IMG/VR virus record: IMGVR_UViG_3300009068_000023
Reading direction: 5' to 3' (one strand)
Origin: a virus
Length of the DNA stretch: 64,000 nt
Under the pieces are notes generated by a model that was not told the origin of the DNA, searched no databases, and saw only the letters and a list, made by a program, of their open reading frames with translations. A program made the translations under genes and the position numbers. This document shows positions 48,944-61,121 of this stretch, in pieces. Positions within the stretch are counted from its first letter, which is position 1. The number at the start of each line of letters is the position of its first letter.

Positions 48944-50518
48944 ATGCCTTTAGGTTTAAGAACAACACTCCGCCGAACTCTAGTTAACGCTGGATCAATT
49001 ACCTTAAACTCTGGTACAGGCAATCTTACATTACCTTTTGGGGTTGTAAGTATAAGTGGCACAGGTAGAGGAGGGGCAGGTACTGCAGGTACTGGCGGCA
49101 CAGGGGGCACAGCAGGCACAGCCGGTTCAGCAGGTAATCCTGGTAGTGCAGGTAACCAAGGCAACCCTGGTAATAATGGTTCGGGGGGTCCAGGCGGACC
49201 TGGAGGCCCTGCTGGAAATCCAGGTACTGCAGGCAACGCAGGAAATCCAGGGAATGCTGGTGGCGGCGGTGCTGGAGGTGCTGCAGCAAGCTCATCTACT
49301 AATTTGCAATATATGTCAGGTGGTTATGCGTATTACTATCAAATAGACTCTAAGGGTCGACCTGTAATAAACGGGTGGGGTAAAGCTGGAGAAACTTCTA
49401 ACCCAGGCCCTGGCGTATCTACAACCCCATTTAAGTGGCCATATAGTGACGGCGGGCCTGGTCTACCTGGAACAGCAGGCAACCCAGGCAGCGATGGGTC
49501 CGGCGCCGGCGCCGGTGGTGCTGGTGGTGCAGGTTCAAGTGGTGGTAGTGGTACTGCTGGCACACCAGGCTCAGCAGGTAATGGTGCTGGATCAGGAGGG
49601 CTAGGTAATGATGGCTCTCCAGGTAATTCTGGTACTTCGGGTAATTCAACCACGTTTAGCAATTATACTTTTCCTGGCACTTCTGGAAATAGTGGCACTA
49701 AAGGTAGCAAGGGTACTGATGGCACTGCTGGAAATAATGGTACTGGTGGTAACGGAGGTACAGCGGGATCTGCTGGTAACCCAGGAAATTCAGGGTCATC
49801 TGGCAACCCAGGTAACAATGGGACAGGAGGTTCCGGAGGGTCAGCAGGAACAGGGGGTGCTGGTGGTGGCGGTGGATATGGATATGTTTTTGGTAGTACT
49901 ACGGGCCTTTTTGGTGGGGCTGGTGGCGCCGGTGGTAGCGCAGACCCTATAGTAGGATCATCATATAGTGGCGGACCAGGTAATGCGGGAGTTTCTACAG
50001 CTACACCAGGTACCGGACAGGTCGTTGCCGGTAACGGTGGTACTGCATATGGGTTAGCTACTTTTGGTGCTGGTGCTATACGAAACGGTAATGGAAACTC
50101 TACAGGAGGTAGCGGCACACCGGCTAATTATACATGGGGTGGTGGGTCGGGATCAGGTGGAGCAGCTAGATGGGTAAATACTAATTCTAAAGCTGCTGGT
50201 GGTGGCGGTGGCGGTGGGGGCGCTGCATCAGCTAATCCAATTTCTGGTAATCCAGGAAATTCTGGTAATCCAGGTAATACAGGGAGTAGCGGAAATTCCG
50301 GTTCCGGTGCTAATCCAGGCAATCCTGGTAATAGCGGAAACCCTGGAGTTGCTGGTAGCGCTGGCATCCCTGGTACTAAAGGGGCTGATGGTACGATAAG
50401 TAGTGTTACCACTTCAAATTGGTCAGGTAAATTTAATTTAAAGCAGAATGTTCCTTACTCAGTGGGTAGTGGTCCGGGCGGCGCCGGTCAAATAACTATT
50501 ACATGGACTAGACAATGA
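48944..50518 (+). CDS. glycine-rich Gly-X-Y (GNP/GTA/GSA) protein, putative fibre tip
   Basis: Long G-x-x periodic tracts plus poly-Gly segments. Confidence 0.75.
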   Translation: MPLGLRTTLRRTLVNAGSITLNSGTGNLTLPFGVVSISGTGRGGAGTAGTGGTGGTAGTAGSAGNPGSAGNQGNPGNNGSGGPGGPGGPAGNPGTAGNAGNPGNAGGGGAGGAAASSSTNLQYMSGGYAYYYQIDSKGRPVINGWGKAGETSNPGPGVSTTPFKWPYSDGGPGLPGTAGNPGSDGSGAGAGGAGGAGSSGGSGTAGTPGSAGNGAGSGGLGNDGSPGNSGTSGNSTTFSNYTFPGTSGNSGTKGSKGTDGTAGNNGTGGNGGTAGSAGNPGNSGSSGNPGNNGTGGSGGSAGTGGAGGGGGYGYVFGSTTGLFGGAGGAGGSADPIVGSSYSGGPGNAGVSTATPGTGQVVAGNGGTAYGLATFGAGAIRNGNGNSTGGSGTPANYTWGGGSGSGGAARWVNTNSKAAGGGGGGGGAASANPISGNPGNSGNPGNTGSSGNSGSGANPGNPGNSGNPGVAGSAGIPGTKGADGTISSVTTSNWSGKFNLKQNVPYSVGSGPGGAGQITITWTRQ

Positions 50519-50778
50519 ATTATACGTTCACATATAAAATTATAAAAGCAGATGTTACTTCAGGTAATATGCTTGTTAAGTACACCCCGCTTGATGGTGA
50601 ATTAACTGCGATTACTCTTAACATCAGTGTTGTTTTTGATGAAAACAACAATCCTATTCCTTTGGAGCAATTAATAGAAATGTATGCACCACAGGCTCAA
50701 TGGGCTGCTCAAGCATATATCAAAGATAATTATGAAGATTTAATTAATAAAACTGGAAATATAACCCCTACTCTGTGA
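50515..50778 (+). CDS. hypothetical protein (possible tip chaperone)
   Basis: ATGA overlap with the upstream gene; 87 aa. Confidence 0.6.
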   Translation: MNYTFTYKIIKADVTSGNMLVKYTPLDGELTAITLNISVVFDENNNPIPLEQLIEMYAPQAQWAAQAYIKDNYEDLINKTGNITPTL

Positions 50779-50785
50779 GATTTTT

Positions 50786-51367
50786 ATGAATGATTTTATT
50801 GGTGTATATGATGATGTGGTAACCCCAGAATACTGTGATAGTCTTATAAACTATTTTAAATGGTGTAAGGATAATAATAGGACTTGGAATAGGGATGAAT
50901 GTAGTACCCTGTCCAAAGAGGATGTTTCTACCACTCTTAATCCTATGAAGCAGACCGAAATTAATTTTAGTTATGATAATTTAGGGGGGTTTATAGCTGA
51001 ATTTAATGAAGTATTTTGGAAAAATAGCTATAAACAGTATACTACAAAGTATGATATTCTTAATACGTTTAATAATCATACTATTTATTCTTATAAATTA
51101 CAAGAAACAGAACCGTCTCAAGGGTATCATGTGTGGCATAGCGAGCAAGGATCGCTAGAATATAGTAGAAGAATAGCAGCGTACATTTTGTATTTGAATG
51201 ATGTTATTGAAGGTGGGGAAACAGAATTTTTATATTTAAGTAAGCGTATTGCAGCGAAAAGAGGAAGACTAGTTATATTCCCTGCAGGTTATACCCACAC
51301 CCATCGTGGCAATCCCCCCTTATCTGGCACAAAGTATATTATGACAGGATGGGTGGAGTATTCATAA
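50786..51367 (+). CDS. 2OG-Fe(II) oxygenase (P4H-like)
   Basis: GYHVWHSE..YLNDV.EGGETEF..FPAGYTHTHRG..KYIMTGW. Confidence 0.9.
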   Translation: MNDFIGVYDDVVTPEYCDSLINYFKWCKDNNRTWNRDECSTLSKEDVSTTLNPMKQTEINFSYDNLGGFIAEFNEVFWKNSYKQYTTKYDILNTFNNHTIYSYKLQETEPSQGYHVWHSEQGSLEYSRRIAAYILYLNDVIEGGETEFLYLSKRIAAKRGRLVIFPAGYTHTHRGNPPLSGTKYIMTGWVEYS

Positions 51368-51966
51368 TGTCTCTTTATAGCTTCTTACCGGCATCAGCTA
51401 GAAAAACTGCATATGAGCCATTTATTACCTGGAGAGAAGCTTTTGATGCAAGACAGGTCTCAGATATAATTAACATGTGCGAAAAGCTACCTGCATCAGA
51501 TGGTATTGTGGGAGGGCTTAAAGGTGATGTTAATACTCAAATTAGAGTCTCAAAAACTGCGTGGTTAGACAATTCAGAGCCTCATCAGTGGATATATGAA
51601 AAAATGGCTTTTTTGGCCAGAAGTATTAATAGTGATTTCTACAGATTTAATCTCTACGGGTTTGTAGAAGATATGCAGTATACGATATATACTGGAGATG
51701 AGGAAAGCCATTATACCTGGCATATAGACGCTGGTAAAAATACTGATTGTGCTAGAAAGCTTTCTTTGGTATTACAGCTTTCAGATCCTGAAGAGTACGA
51801 AGGTGGCGATTTAGAGATATTAACTGGTCCAGAACCTCTTACAGTGGATAAAGAAAAAGGAATGCTGGCTGCCTTTCCTAGTTATGTCCTGCATAGAGTG
51901 ACGCCAGTAACAAAAGGAATAAGAAGATCTTTGGTAGTATGGGTTGCAGGACCTGACTTTATATAG
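51367..51966 (+). CDS. 2OG-Fe(II) oxygenase (PKHD-type)
   Basis: HYTWHID..RKLSLVLQLSDPEEYEGGDL..FPSYVLHRVTPVTKG.RRSLV.W; start 51367 preferred. Confidence 0.9.
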   Translation: MSLYSFLPASARKTAYEPFITWREAFDARQVSDIINMCEKLPASDGIVGGLKGDVNTQIRVSKTAWLDNSEPHQWIYEKMAFLARSINSDFYRFNLYGFVEDMQYTIYTGDEESHYTWHIDAGKNTDCARKLSLVLQLSDPEEYEGGDLEILTGPEPLTVDKEKGMLAAFPSYVLHRVTPVTKGIRRSLVVWVAGPDFI

Positions 51967-51969
51967 TCT

Positions 51970-51977
51970 TATAAATA
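51970..51977 (+). promoter_or_regulatory. T4-type late promoter
   Basis: Exact intergenic TATAAATA 22 nt before ATG 52000; heads the gene run containing the PLOD-like enzyme and collagen fibres. Confidence 0.75.
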
Positions 51978-51999
51978 AGAAAAACAACACTCTACCATC

Positions 52000-52329
52000 A
52001 TGGCCACTAAAGCAAATCTTATAATAGATCAGGGAGCATCATACAGCACCAATATCGATATTCTCGATGAAAATGGTGTTGCTATAGATTTGACTAATTA
52101 TACTGGTGCTGCTCAGATGAGAAAGCATTATACATCGTCAAACTCAATTAGTTTTAGCGTTAGTTTAGATGGTGCTGACGGCACGGTTACATTATCGTTA
52201 TCTGCAAATGCTACTGCTAATATAGCATCTGGTAGATATGTTTATGACGTAGAATTAACATCCAGCTCTGGTGTAGTCTCTAGAGTACTAGAAGGTATAG
52301 TTACAGTAACCCCTAACGTTACGAGATAA
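52000..52329 (+). CDS. small virion structural protein
   Basis: ANL.IDQGA..DLT.YT..AQMRKHY..GRYVYDVE..RV.EG.VTVTP.VT. Confidence 0.75.
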   Translation: MATKANLIIDQGASYSTNIDILDENGVAIDLTNYTGAAQMRKHYTSSNSISFSVSLDGADGTVTLSLSANATANIASGRYVYDVELTSSSGVVSRVLEGIVTVTPNVTR

Positions 52330-52330
52330 T

Positions 52331-52567
52331 ATGACTACCAATATTAAAGCTGTAGTTAAGCAGAACAACCAGCTTCTAACGCAGCAATCAACACTTACTT
52401 TAAAAAACACGCTTAAGGACCAAATTACCATTCGCGAATTAGCTAACGTTGTAGAGGGAACTCCACAAGACGGTGATGCAATAGTCTACAATTCAAGTTT
52501 AAATAAATATGAGGTAAAACCGGTTACAACAATTTCAATATCAGGATTGGACGGGGGAACCTTCTAA
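52331..52567 (+). CDS. small fibre-associated protein
   Basis: DG..IVYN...NKY; ends LDGGTF. Confidence 0.65.
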   Translation: MTTNIKAVVKQNNQLLTQQSTLTLKNTLKDQITIRELANVVEGTPQDGDAIVYNSSLNKYEVKPVTTISISGLDGGTF

Positions 52568-54637
52568 ATGTCAAATACAATCATTCAAATCAGACGCAGT
52601 ACTGAAACTGCGGTACCTAGTAGTTTACAGCCAGGTGAATTAGCCTATACCTCGAATGGTGAGGTACTATTTATTGGTAGTGTGAAAGGCACAGATACCG
52701 CTAACGTTGTTGCGATTGGGGGCATTAGAAACCCAGGTACTCTTACTGCAAATCAGGCCCTAGTAGCCAACTCTACTTCTGGTATTGATAAGGTAATCGT
52801 TGCTAACTTAGTAGCTACGCAAGTATATGCTAACGGTGCGCATGGTACAAATGGTCAACTTCTAGTATCTGGCGGCTCGGGTAATGTACACTGGATTAAT
52901 GCAAGCGCTCTCTCAACCAGCGCTGGTGGTTCTAATTCACAAGTTCAGTTTAATAATAATAGTCTATTCGCCGGTGACGTAGATTTTACCTTTGATACGG
53001 CTACTAATAAATTAAGTGTTGGTGGTGGGGTACTTGCTGGCAGCGGCGGCTCATTTGTAGTAGGCTCTAATGCAGCAGTAATTAATTCAACTGGTGTATT
53101 TACAACCGGCACAGTTAATACAGACATCCTAAGCGTTGCTAATACCACTGATAGTTCAAACACTACTACTGGTGCTGTAACTATAGCGGGTGGCTTAGGA
53201 GTTGCAAAGAGAGTTGCTGCTAAAGAAGTTTATGTTGGTAATAATGACACATATACTACAGTTAACGGCACAGTAATTACTACTGGTAACGTTCTTGCTA
53301 CTAACACTGTTAATGCAGCAGTATTAAGTATTGGGTCTAACGTAGTAGCTAATTCAACAGGGCTGTATACTACAGGTAGCGTTATTGCTACTAACACTGT
53401 TAACGCAGCGATATTAAGTGTTGGTTCAAATGTAGTAGCTAACACGTCAGGATTATTTACTACTGGTGTAGTAAATGCATCTTCGCTCACAGTTGGATCA
53501 TACATTTCTGCAAATACAACCCAGTTGTTTATTGCGAATGGTGTTACTCTTTCGGTTAATGGGTCGGTAGGTACAGCTAACCAAGTACTAGCATCGAATG
53601 GCTCTGGATTGTATTGGAGAGGGGTTGATGCTGATATTACCGAAGTTGTCGCCGGGGATGGTCTTACAGGCGGCGGTTTAAGCGGAAGCGTAACACTTGA
53701 TGTAGGGGCAGGTAACGGTATATCGGTTAGCGCTAATGCCGTTTCAGTTAATGCTAACGACGGTATAGTTGCGAACACCTCTGGTGTTTTTGTCAAAGCA
53801 GGCACTGGTGTAACGGTTAATTCCACTGGTGTACACATTGGCCAGGATGTTGGCACTACAAGCAATGTTACTTTTAACTCTATAGATGTTACAGGCAACG
53901 TTGTACTGGGTAGTAATTCTTCTGATGTTGTATCTATTAATGGGCTAGTTAACACCAACATAGTACCTTCAGCTAACGTTACTTATAACCTTGGCTCATC
54001 TGCATTAAATTATTCAACAGTATATGCAAATAATATACTTGCTAAGTATGCAACGTTTGATCATAACGTAACTATCGCTGGTAACTTATCTGTTACTGGT
54101 ACCCTCGTTACAATTAACGTTTCAACCTTATCGGTATCTGATTCTCTAATTCAACTAGCAGCTAACAACACATCGTCAGACGTATTAGATCTAGGTTTTT
54201 ACGGTAATTATAACAACACCGGTGGTGCGTCTCAACACGCTGGTCTGTTTAGAGATGCATCGGACGGGGTATTCAAGCTATTTGATAGTCTGACTGCCGC
54301 ACCAGGTACAACTGTCGATACATCGAATGCTACGTTTAATATATCGACCTTAGTTGCTTACCTTTCATCTGGCGGGTTAACCACTAATTCAACATCAGTA
54401 GCACTAACTGCTAATGGTACTGTAAATGTAGCGATAGTAGCTAATACATTAAGCCTATCAACCGCATTAGCAGGTAATAGCGGTGGTACAGGTCTTAACA
54501 GCTATACAGCAGAAGATATACTAGTTGCTAATTCAACTAACGGATTTAGAAAATTAGGGATAGGCACCAAAGGGTATGTTTTACAATCTAATGGTACAGC
54601 ATTGGTATATGCTTCATTAGATGGCGGCAGTTTCTAA
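52568..54637 (+). CDS. tail fibre-like protein
   Basis: IQIRRS..P..L..GELAY..LFIG head; internal 30-aa repeat (ATNTVNAA.LS.GSNVVAN..GL.TTG); ends LDGGSF. Confidence 0.75.
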   Translation: MSNTIIQIRRSTETAVPSSLQPGELAYTSNGEVLFIGSVKGTDTANVVAIGGIRNPGTLTANQALVANSTSGIDKVIVANLVATQVYANGAHGTNGQLLVSGGSGNVHWINASALSTSAGGSNSQVQFNNNSLFAGDVDFTFDTATNKLSVGGGVLAGSGGSFVVGSNAAVINSTGVFTTGTVNTDILSVANTTDSSNTTTGAVTIAGGLGVAKRVAAKEVYVGNNDTYTTVNGTVITTGNVLATNTVNAAVLSIGSNVVANSTGLYTTGSVIATNTVNAAILSVGSNVVANTSGLFTTGVVNASSLTVGSYISANTTQLFIANGVTLSVNGSVGTANQVLASNGSGLYWRGVDADITEVVAGDGLTGGGLSGSVTLDVGAGNGISVSANAVSVNANDGIVANTSGVFVKAGTGVTVNSTGVHIGQDVGTTSNVTFNSIDVTGNVVLGSNSSDVVSINGLVNTNIVPSANVTYNLGSSALNYSTVYANNILAKYATFDHNVTIAGNLSVTGTLVTINVSTLSVSDSLIQLAANNTSSDVLDLGFYGNYNNTGGASQHAGLFRDASDGVFKLFDSLTAAPGTTVDTSNATFNISTLVAYLSSGGLTTNSTSVALTANGTVNVAIVANTLSLSTALAGNSGGTGLNSYTAEDILVANSTNGFRKLGIGTKGYVLQSNGTALVYASLDGGSF

Positions 54638-54639
54638 TA

Positions 54640-54831
54640 ATGGAAGTTGATTTTGTTAATGCCTACATAAACAGGCAGAAGCAGTATATTGAAGATTTAA
54701 CAAATAAACTTATACTGGCGGAAGCTAAGATCGTTACTTTAGAAAAAACAATTAACGATCTTAGCAATAAAATAGTTGATTATGAAAGCAAGACGGTGAA
54801 GCCAAGTGAAAATAGTCGTACTAAATCTTGA
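54640..54831 (+). CDS. small coiled-coil protein
   Basis: 63 aa heptad-like ORF packed between the fibre and enzyme genes. Confidence 0.6.
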   Translation: MEVDFVNAYINRQKQYIEDLTNKLILAEAKIVTLEKTINDLSNKIVDYESKTVKPSENSRTKS

Positions 54832-56770
54832 TACAAGAAAAGACAGATTAGATTTTATTTCAGAGCAGCTTAGCGAGTACGAATGGACCAGATTACCGGC
54901 CATAAACGGACACTCGTTAAGCTTATCTAATATAAGAGCATTAGGGTTTAAGCCTTACCTTAGGTGGCAGGACCCAATGCTACATCGACACGCAACTATA
55001 ACAGAAGTTGCAACCAGCATATCGCATTATAACGCGTGGATGCTTTGTGCTGAGCTCAATCACAACCTATTGATTCTTGAAGATGATTCAAGACTAGTAG
55101 GGCATATTGACTCAGAAGAAATCGATAGACTTCTTGAAACACAAGATGTAGTATACCTGGATCACAAAGAGATGTTTCCAGGTCATGTGCAGAATATAGA
55201 TGATAAATTTATACGGCCATATTACCCTTATTGGAATAATGCTTACGCTATAAGCCCAAGGCTTGCTAAGAAGCTAGTTAATTCCAAGTTTAAGGAAAAC
55301 ATTATACCGGTTGATGAGTTCTTTCCGCTTATCAGTGGTGTTAACTATCTACACACCTGTCTGACAGATAAGCCAGGCATACTTAATAATTTTACTGCAT
55401 TAGTAGATATTTTTAAAGATCTTATACCTACTAACCCTATAGCCTATAAAACTAGTATATTTAATCAAGTATCTAGATCGGTACTTGGCTCTGATATTGA
55501 AAGTGGAGAATCCATAATGACTCAAGAAGCAATCGTTGTCACCGTTGCTACAGACTCTGAAAAATACAAATACCTTAGTAAGTCAAGTGCGGCTAAAGAG
55601 GTACCGATTATAAACATCGGCGATGGTGTAGAATGGAAGGGTGGTACAATGCAAGGACCGGGCGGTGGTCAAAAGATTAATTTAGTTAAAGATTATCTTA
55701 AGAGCATTGACGGTAATAAGATTGTATTGTTCTGCGATGGTCATGATGTCATCATTAATGATTCATTAGAGACTATCGTGAATAGATTCTTAGGGTTTGA
55801 ATGTGACGTGCTTTTTGCAGCTGAAAAGATCTGCTGGCCTGATCGTTCCATGGAACAGTATTTTACTGAATCACATACCGCATACAAGTATCTAAACAGT
55901 GGAGTATACATTGGATACAAGGACTCTATCCTTTCCATCATAGATGATTATATACAGGATTCGGATGATGATCAACTATTTTTACAGAAGAAGTATGTAG
56001 AGAATAAGAGTAATAATAAGGTTAATATCAAATTAGATTATGAGAATTATATCTTTCAATGCTTAAGCTCTATTGAAGATGATTTAGTATTAAAGCCAAC
56101 AAAGCAATTTGTTAATATTGCTACTAGATGCTGCCCATGCATCTTACATGGTAATGGCGGGCCAAATGATAAGATTGTTTTTAATAACATCTTCCAACAG
56201 CTCTATCCAGATATTATAGAATTTATTGATGCTACAGAGCTTACAGTAGTAGCACCAGACATCCTAGAGATGGATTTTCTTACCCCAGAGATGTGTAAGA
56301 AAATTATAGACATGGCTGAAGCACATGGTAAATGGGAATCGATGTACGGTGATAAGTTTCCAGGACAAGAATTAAGAATCAGAGAGTTTAGTATGGAGCT
56401 CTGGAATACTTTAGAAAAGCATTTTAAAGAGTCGATCAACCCGGTGATAGAAAAGTATTGGTTTCCGCTATTAATGAATGGTTTGCGGGATGCTTTCATT
56501 ATTAAGTATTCACCAGAAACCCAAAAGAGTCTTAACTGTCACCATGATGCCTCTTTAGTTTCAGGAAACGTAAAGCTGAATGATGATTACGAAGGCGGAG
56601 ATACTTATTTTTATAGGCAAAACTTCTCTAATATAAATACTCAAATAGGTAAGATTATTTTATGGCCTGGCCAAGTGACACATGGACACGAAGGTCGAGA
56701 AGTAACCAAAGGCACTAAATATAATCTAGTAATATGGACAAGTAGAAAGCAGGGCGACATTAATTATTAA
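54806..56770 (+). CDS. three-domain GT25 (COLGALT-like) / PLOD-type glycosyltransferase / lysyl-hydroxylase-like 2OG-Fe(II) oxygenase
   Basis: GT25: LNL..RKDR, SHYNAW, LILEDD, YW..AY.IS, PVDEF. PLOD-GT: TVAT, W.GG..GGGQK, DGHD, LFAAE..CWP, LNSG..IG, DDDQLF, HGNG. LH: HHD (56540-56548), YEGG, PG..TH.HEG..T.GT.Y. Confidence 0.9.
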   Translation: MKIVVLNLDTRKDRLDFISEQLSEYEWTRLPAINGHSLSLSNIRALGFKPYLRWQDPMLHRHATITEVATSISHYNAWMLCAELNHNLLILEDDSRLVGHIDSEEIDRLLETQDVVYLDHKEMFPGHVQNIDDKFIRPYYPYWNNAYAISPRLAKKLVNSKFKENIIPVDEFFPLISGVNYLHTCLTDKPGILNNFTALVDIFKDLIPTNPIAYKTSIFNQVSRSVLGSDIESGESIMTQEAIVVTVATDSEKYKYLSKSSAAKEVPIINIGDGVEWKGGTMQGPGGGQKINLVKDYLKSIDGNKIVLFCDGHDVIINDSLETIVNRFLGFECDVLFAAEKICWPDRSMEQYFTESHTAYKYLNSGVYIGYKDSILSIIDDYIQDSDDDQLFLQKKYVENKSNNKVNIKLDYENYIFQCLSSIEDDLVLKPTKQFVNIATRCCPCILHGNGGPNDKIVFNNIFQQLYPDIIEFIDATELTVVAPDILEMDFLTPEMCKKIIDMAEAHGKWESMYGDKFPGQELRIREFSMELWNTLEKHFKESINPVIEKYWFPLLMNGLRDAFIIKYSPETQKSLNCHHDASLVSGNVKLNDDYEGGDTYFYRQNFSNINTQIGKIILWPGQVTHGHEGREVTKGTKYNLVIWTSRKQGDINY

Positions 56771-56799
56771 CACTGTATATACAGTGATTACGGAGCCAA

Positions 56800-59816
<3,017 letters not shown>

Positions 59817-59817
<1 letters not shown>

Positions 59818-61112
59818 TGTCATTTGGAGTATTTCAGTTTAGAAGAGGTAGCGCCTCAGATTGGTCAACTGCTAATACAGTACTAGCAGCCGGTGAGCTT
59901 GGTATAGAAACAAATACTAGCCTGTTTAAAATAGGTGATGGTTCTACTGCCTGGACAAATCTACCTTATGGCGGTATACAAGGTATTAAAGGTGATAAGG
60001 GTTACGGAGACAAAGGCGAAAAAGGTGATGTAGGGCCTAAAGGTGATATCGGCAACAAAGGCGACAAAGGTGATACCGGTAATAAGGGTGACACCGGCCT
60101 AACCGCAACTCTTCTCTATGAAGAGTTTACAGCTACTAGCGATCAAACTACTTTCTATCCTTCTACATTCACAGCAAACACCGGCGGTGTACGAGTATTT
60201 TATAATGGTGTTTTATTAAGTAATACTGAGTACACATCAAACACAACTGCAATTGTTCTTTCTTCAGGTGCAACTGCTAGTGACTTGGTTGCTGTATACG
60301 GTTACGATCGAATAAGCCCTAAAGGTGATAAGGGTGAGACACCTGCTGTAAGCAACTTTAATTTTACAGCAGCAAACAATCAATCAGTGTTCTTAATGTC
60401 AGGGATTACCACCCTAGGTAATATATTAGTACACTTAAATGGCATATTCCTTTCTAATACAGAATATACCGCAAACACTTCAAGAGTAACTCTCAACTTA
60501 CCTGCAGCAAATAACGATATACTTGACGTAGTAGTATTTGATAGTGCAGGTGTCAAAGGTGAAAAAGGCAGCAATGCGGCAGGCCCCTGGTTTGAGAATA
60601 TTAGATTTGTTACTACAGACAGCACTATCACAAACACAGCTATTTCATTCACAGAAGGAATAGCGCCTCTACAGGTAAACAACTATACTACAATTACAGT
60701 TGATCGCGCAGCTACTTGGACAGTTGCAGATAATCTAGCAGTAGATTATACTAAAGGCTTACCAAATTATGTTGTAGATAATCTTTCTAATGTATTTGAC
60801 GGGCAGACAAGATCGTTTAAACTGTCATCAAATGGTGTTTCTATAACGCCATTTAACGGTGCAAGCTTAGATTTGTATATAAACGGAACTAAGCAATTGC
60901 CGGCTAGATATATAAATGATTACTACAATTTACCAGAAGTTTCAGTGTTTAGTTCGGGATACTATGTTAATGGGTCTACTTTATATCTGTCCTCAGCGCC
61001 CACATTTGGGACCGCTTTCTATTGCACAGCCAAAGTAGCTGACACTGTGAAAAACTTTAACAATTACCAAAAACAAACACCATTTAAACCATTAAGTATA
61101 ATGCTTGATTAA
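59817..61112 (+). CDS. collagen-like fibre protein E with Mtd-N-like head
   Basis: QFRRG.A..W...N.VLA.GE.G.ET.T..FKIGDG.TAW..LPY, then GDK triplets and the same repeated domains as in fibre D. Confidence 0.8.
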
Positions 61113-61121
61113 GAGGACAAC

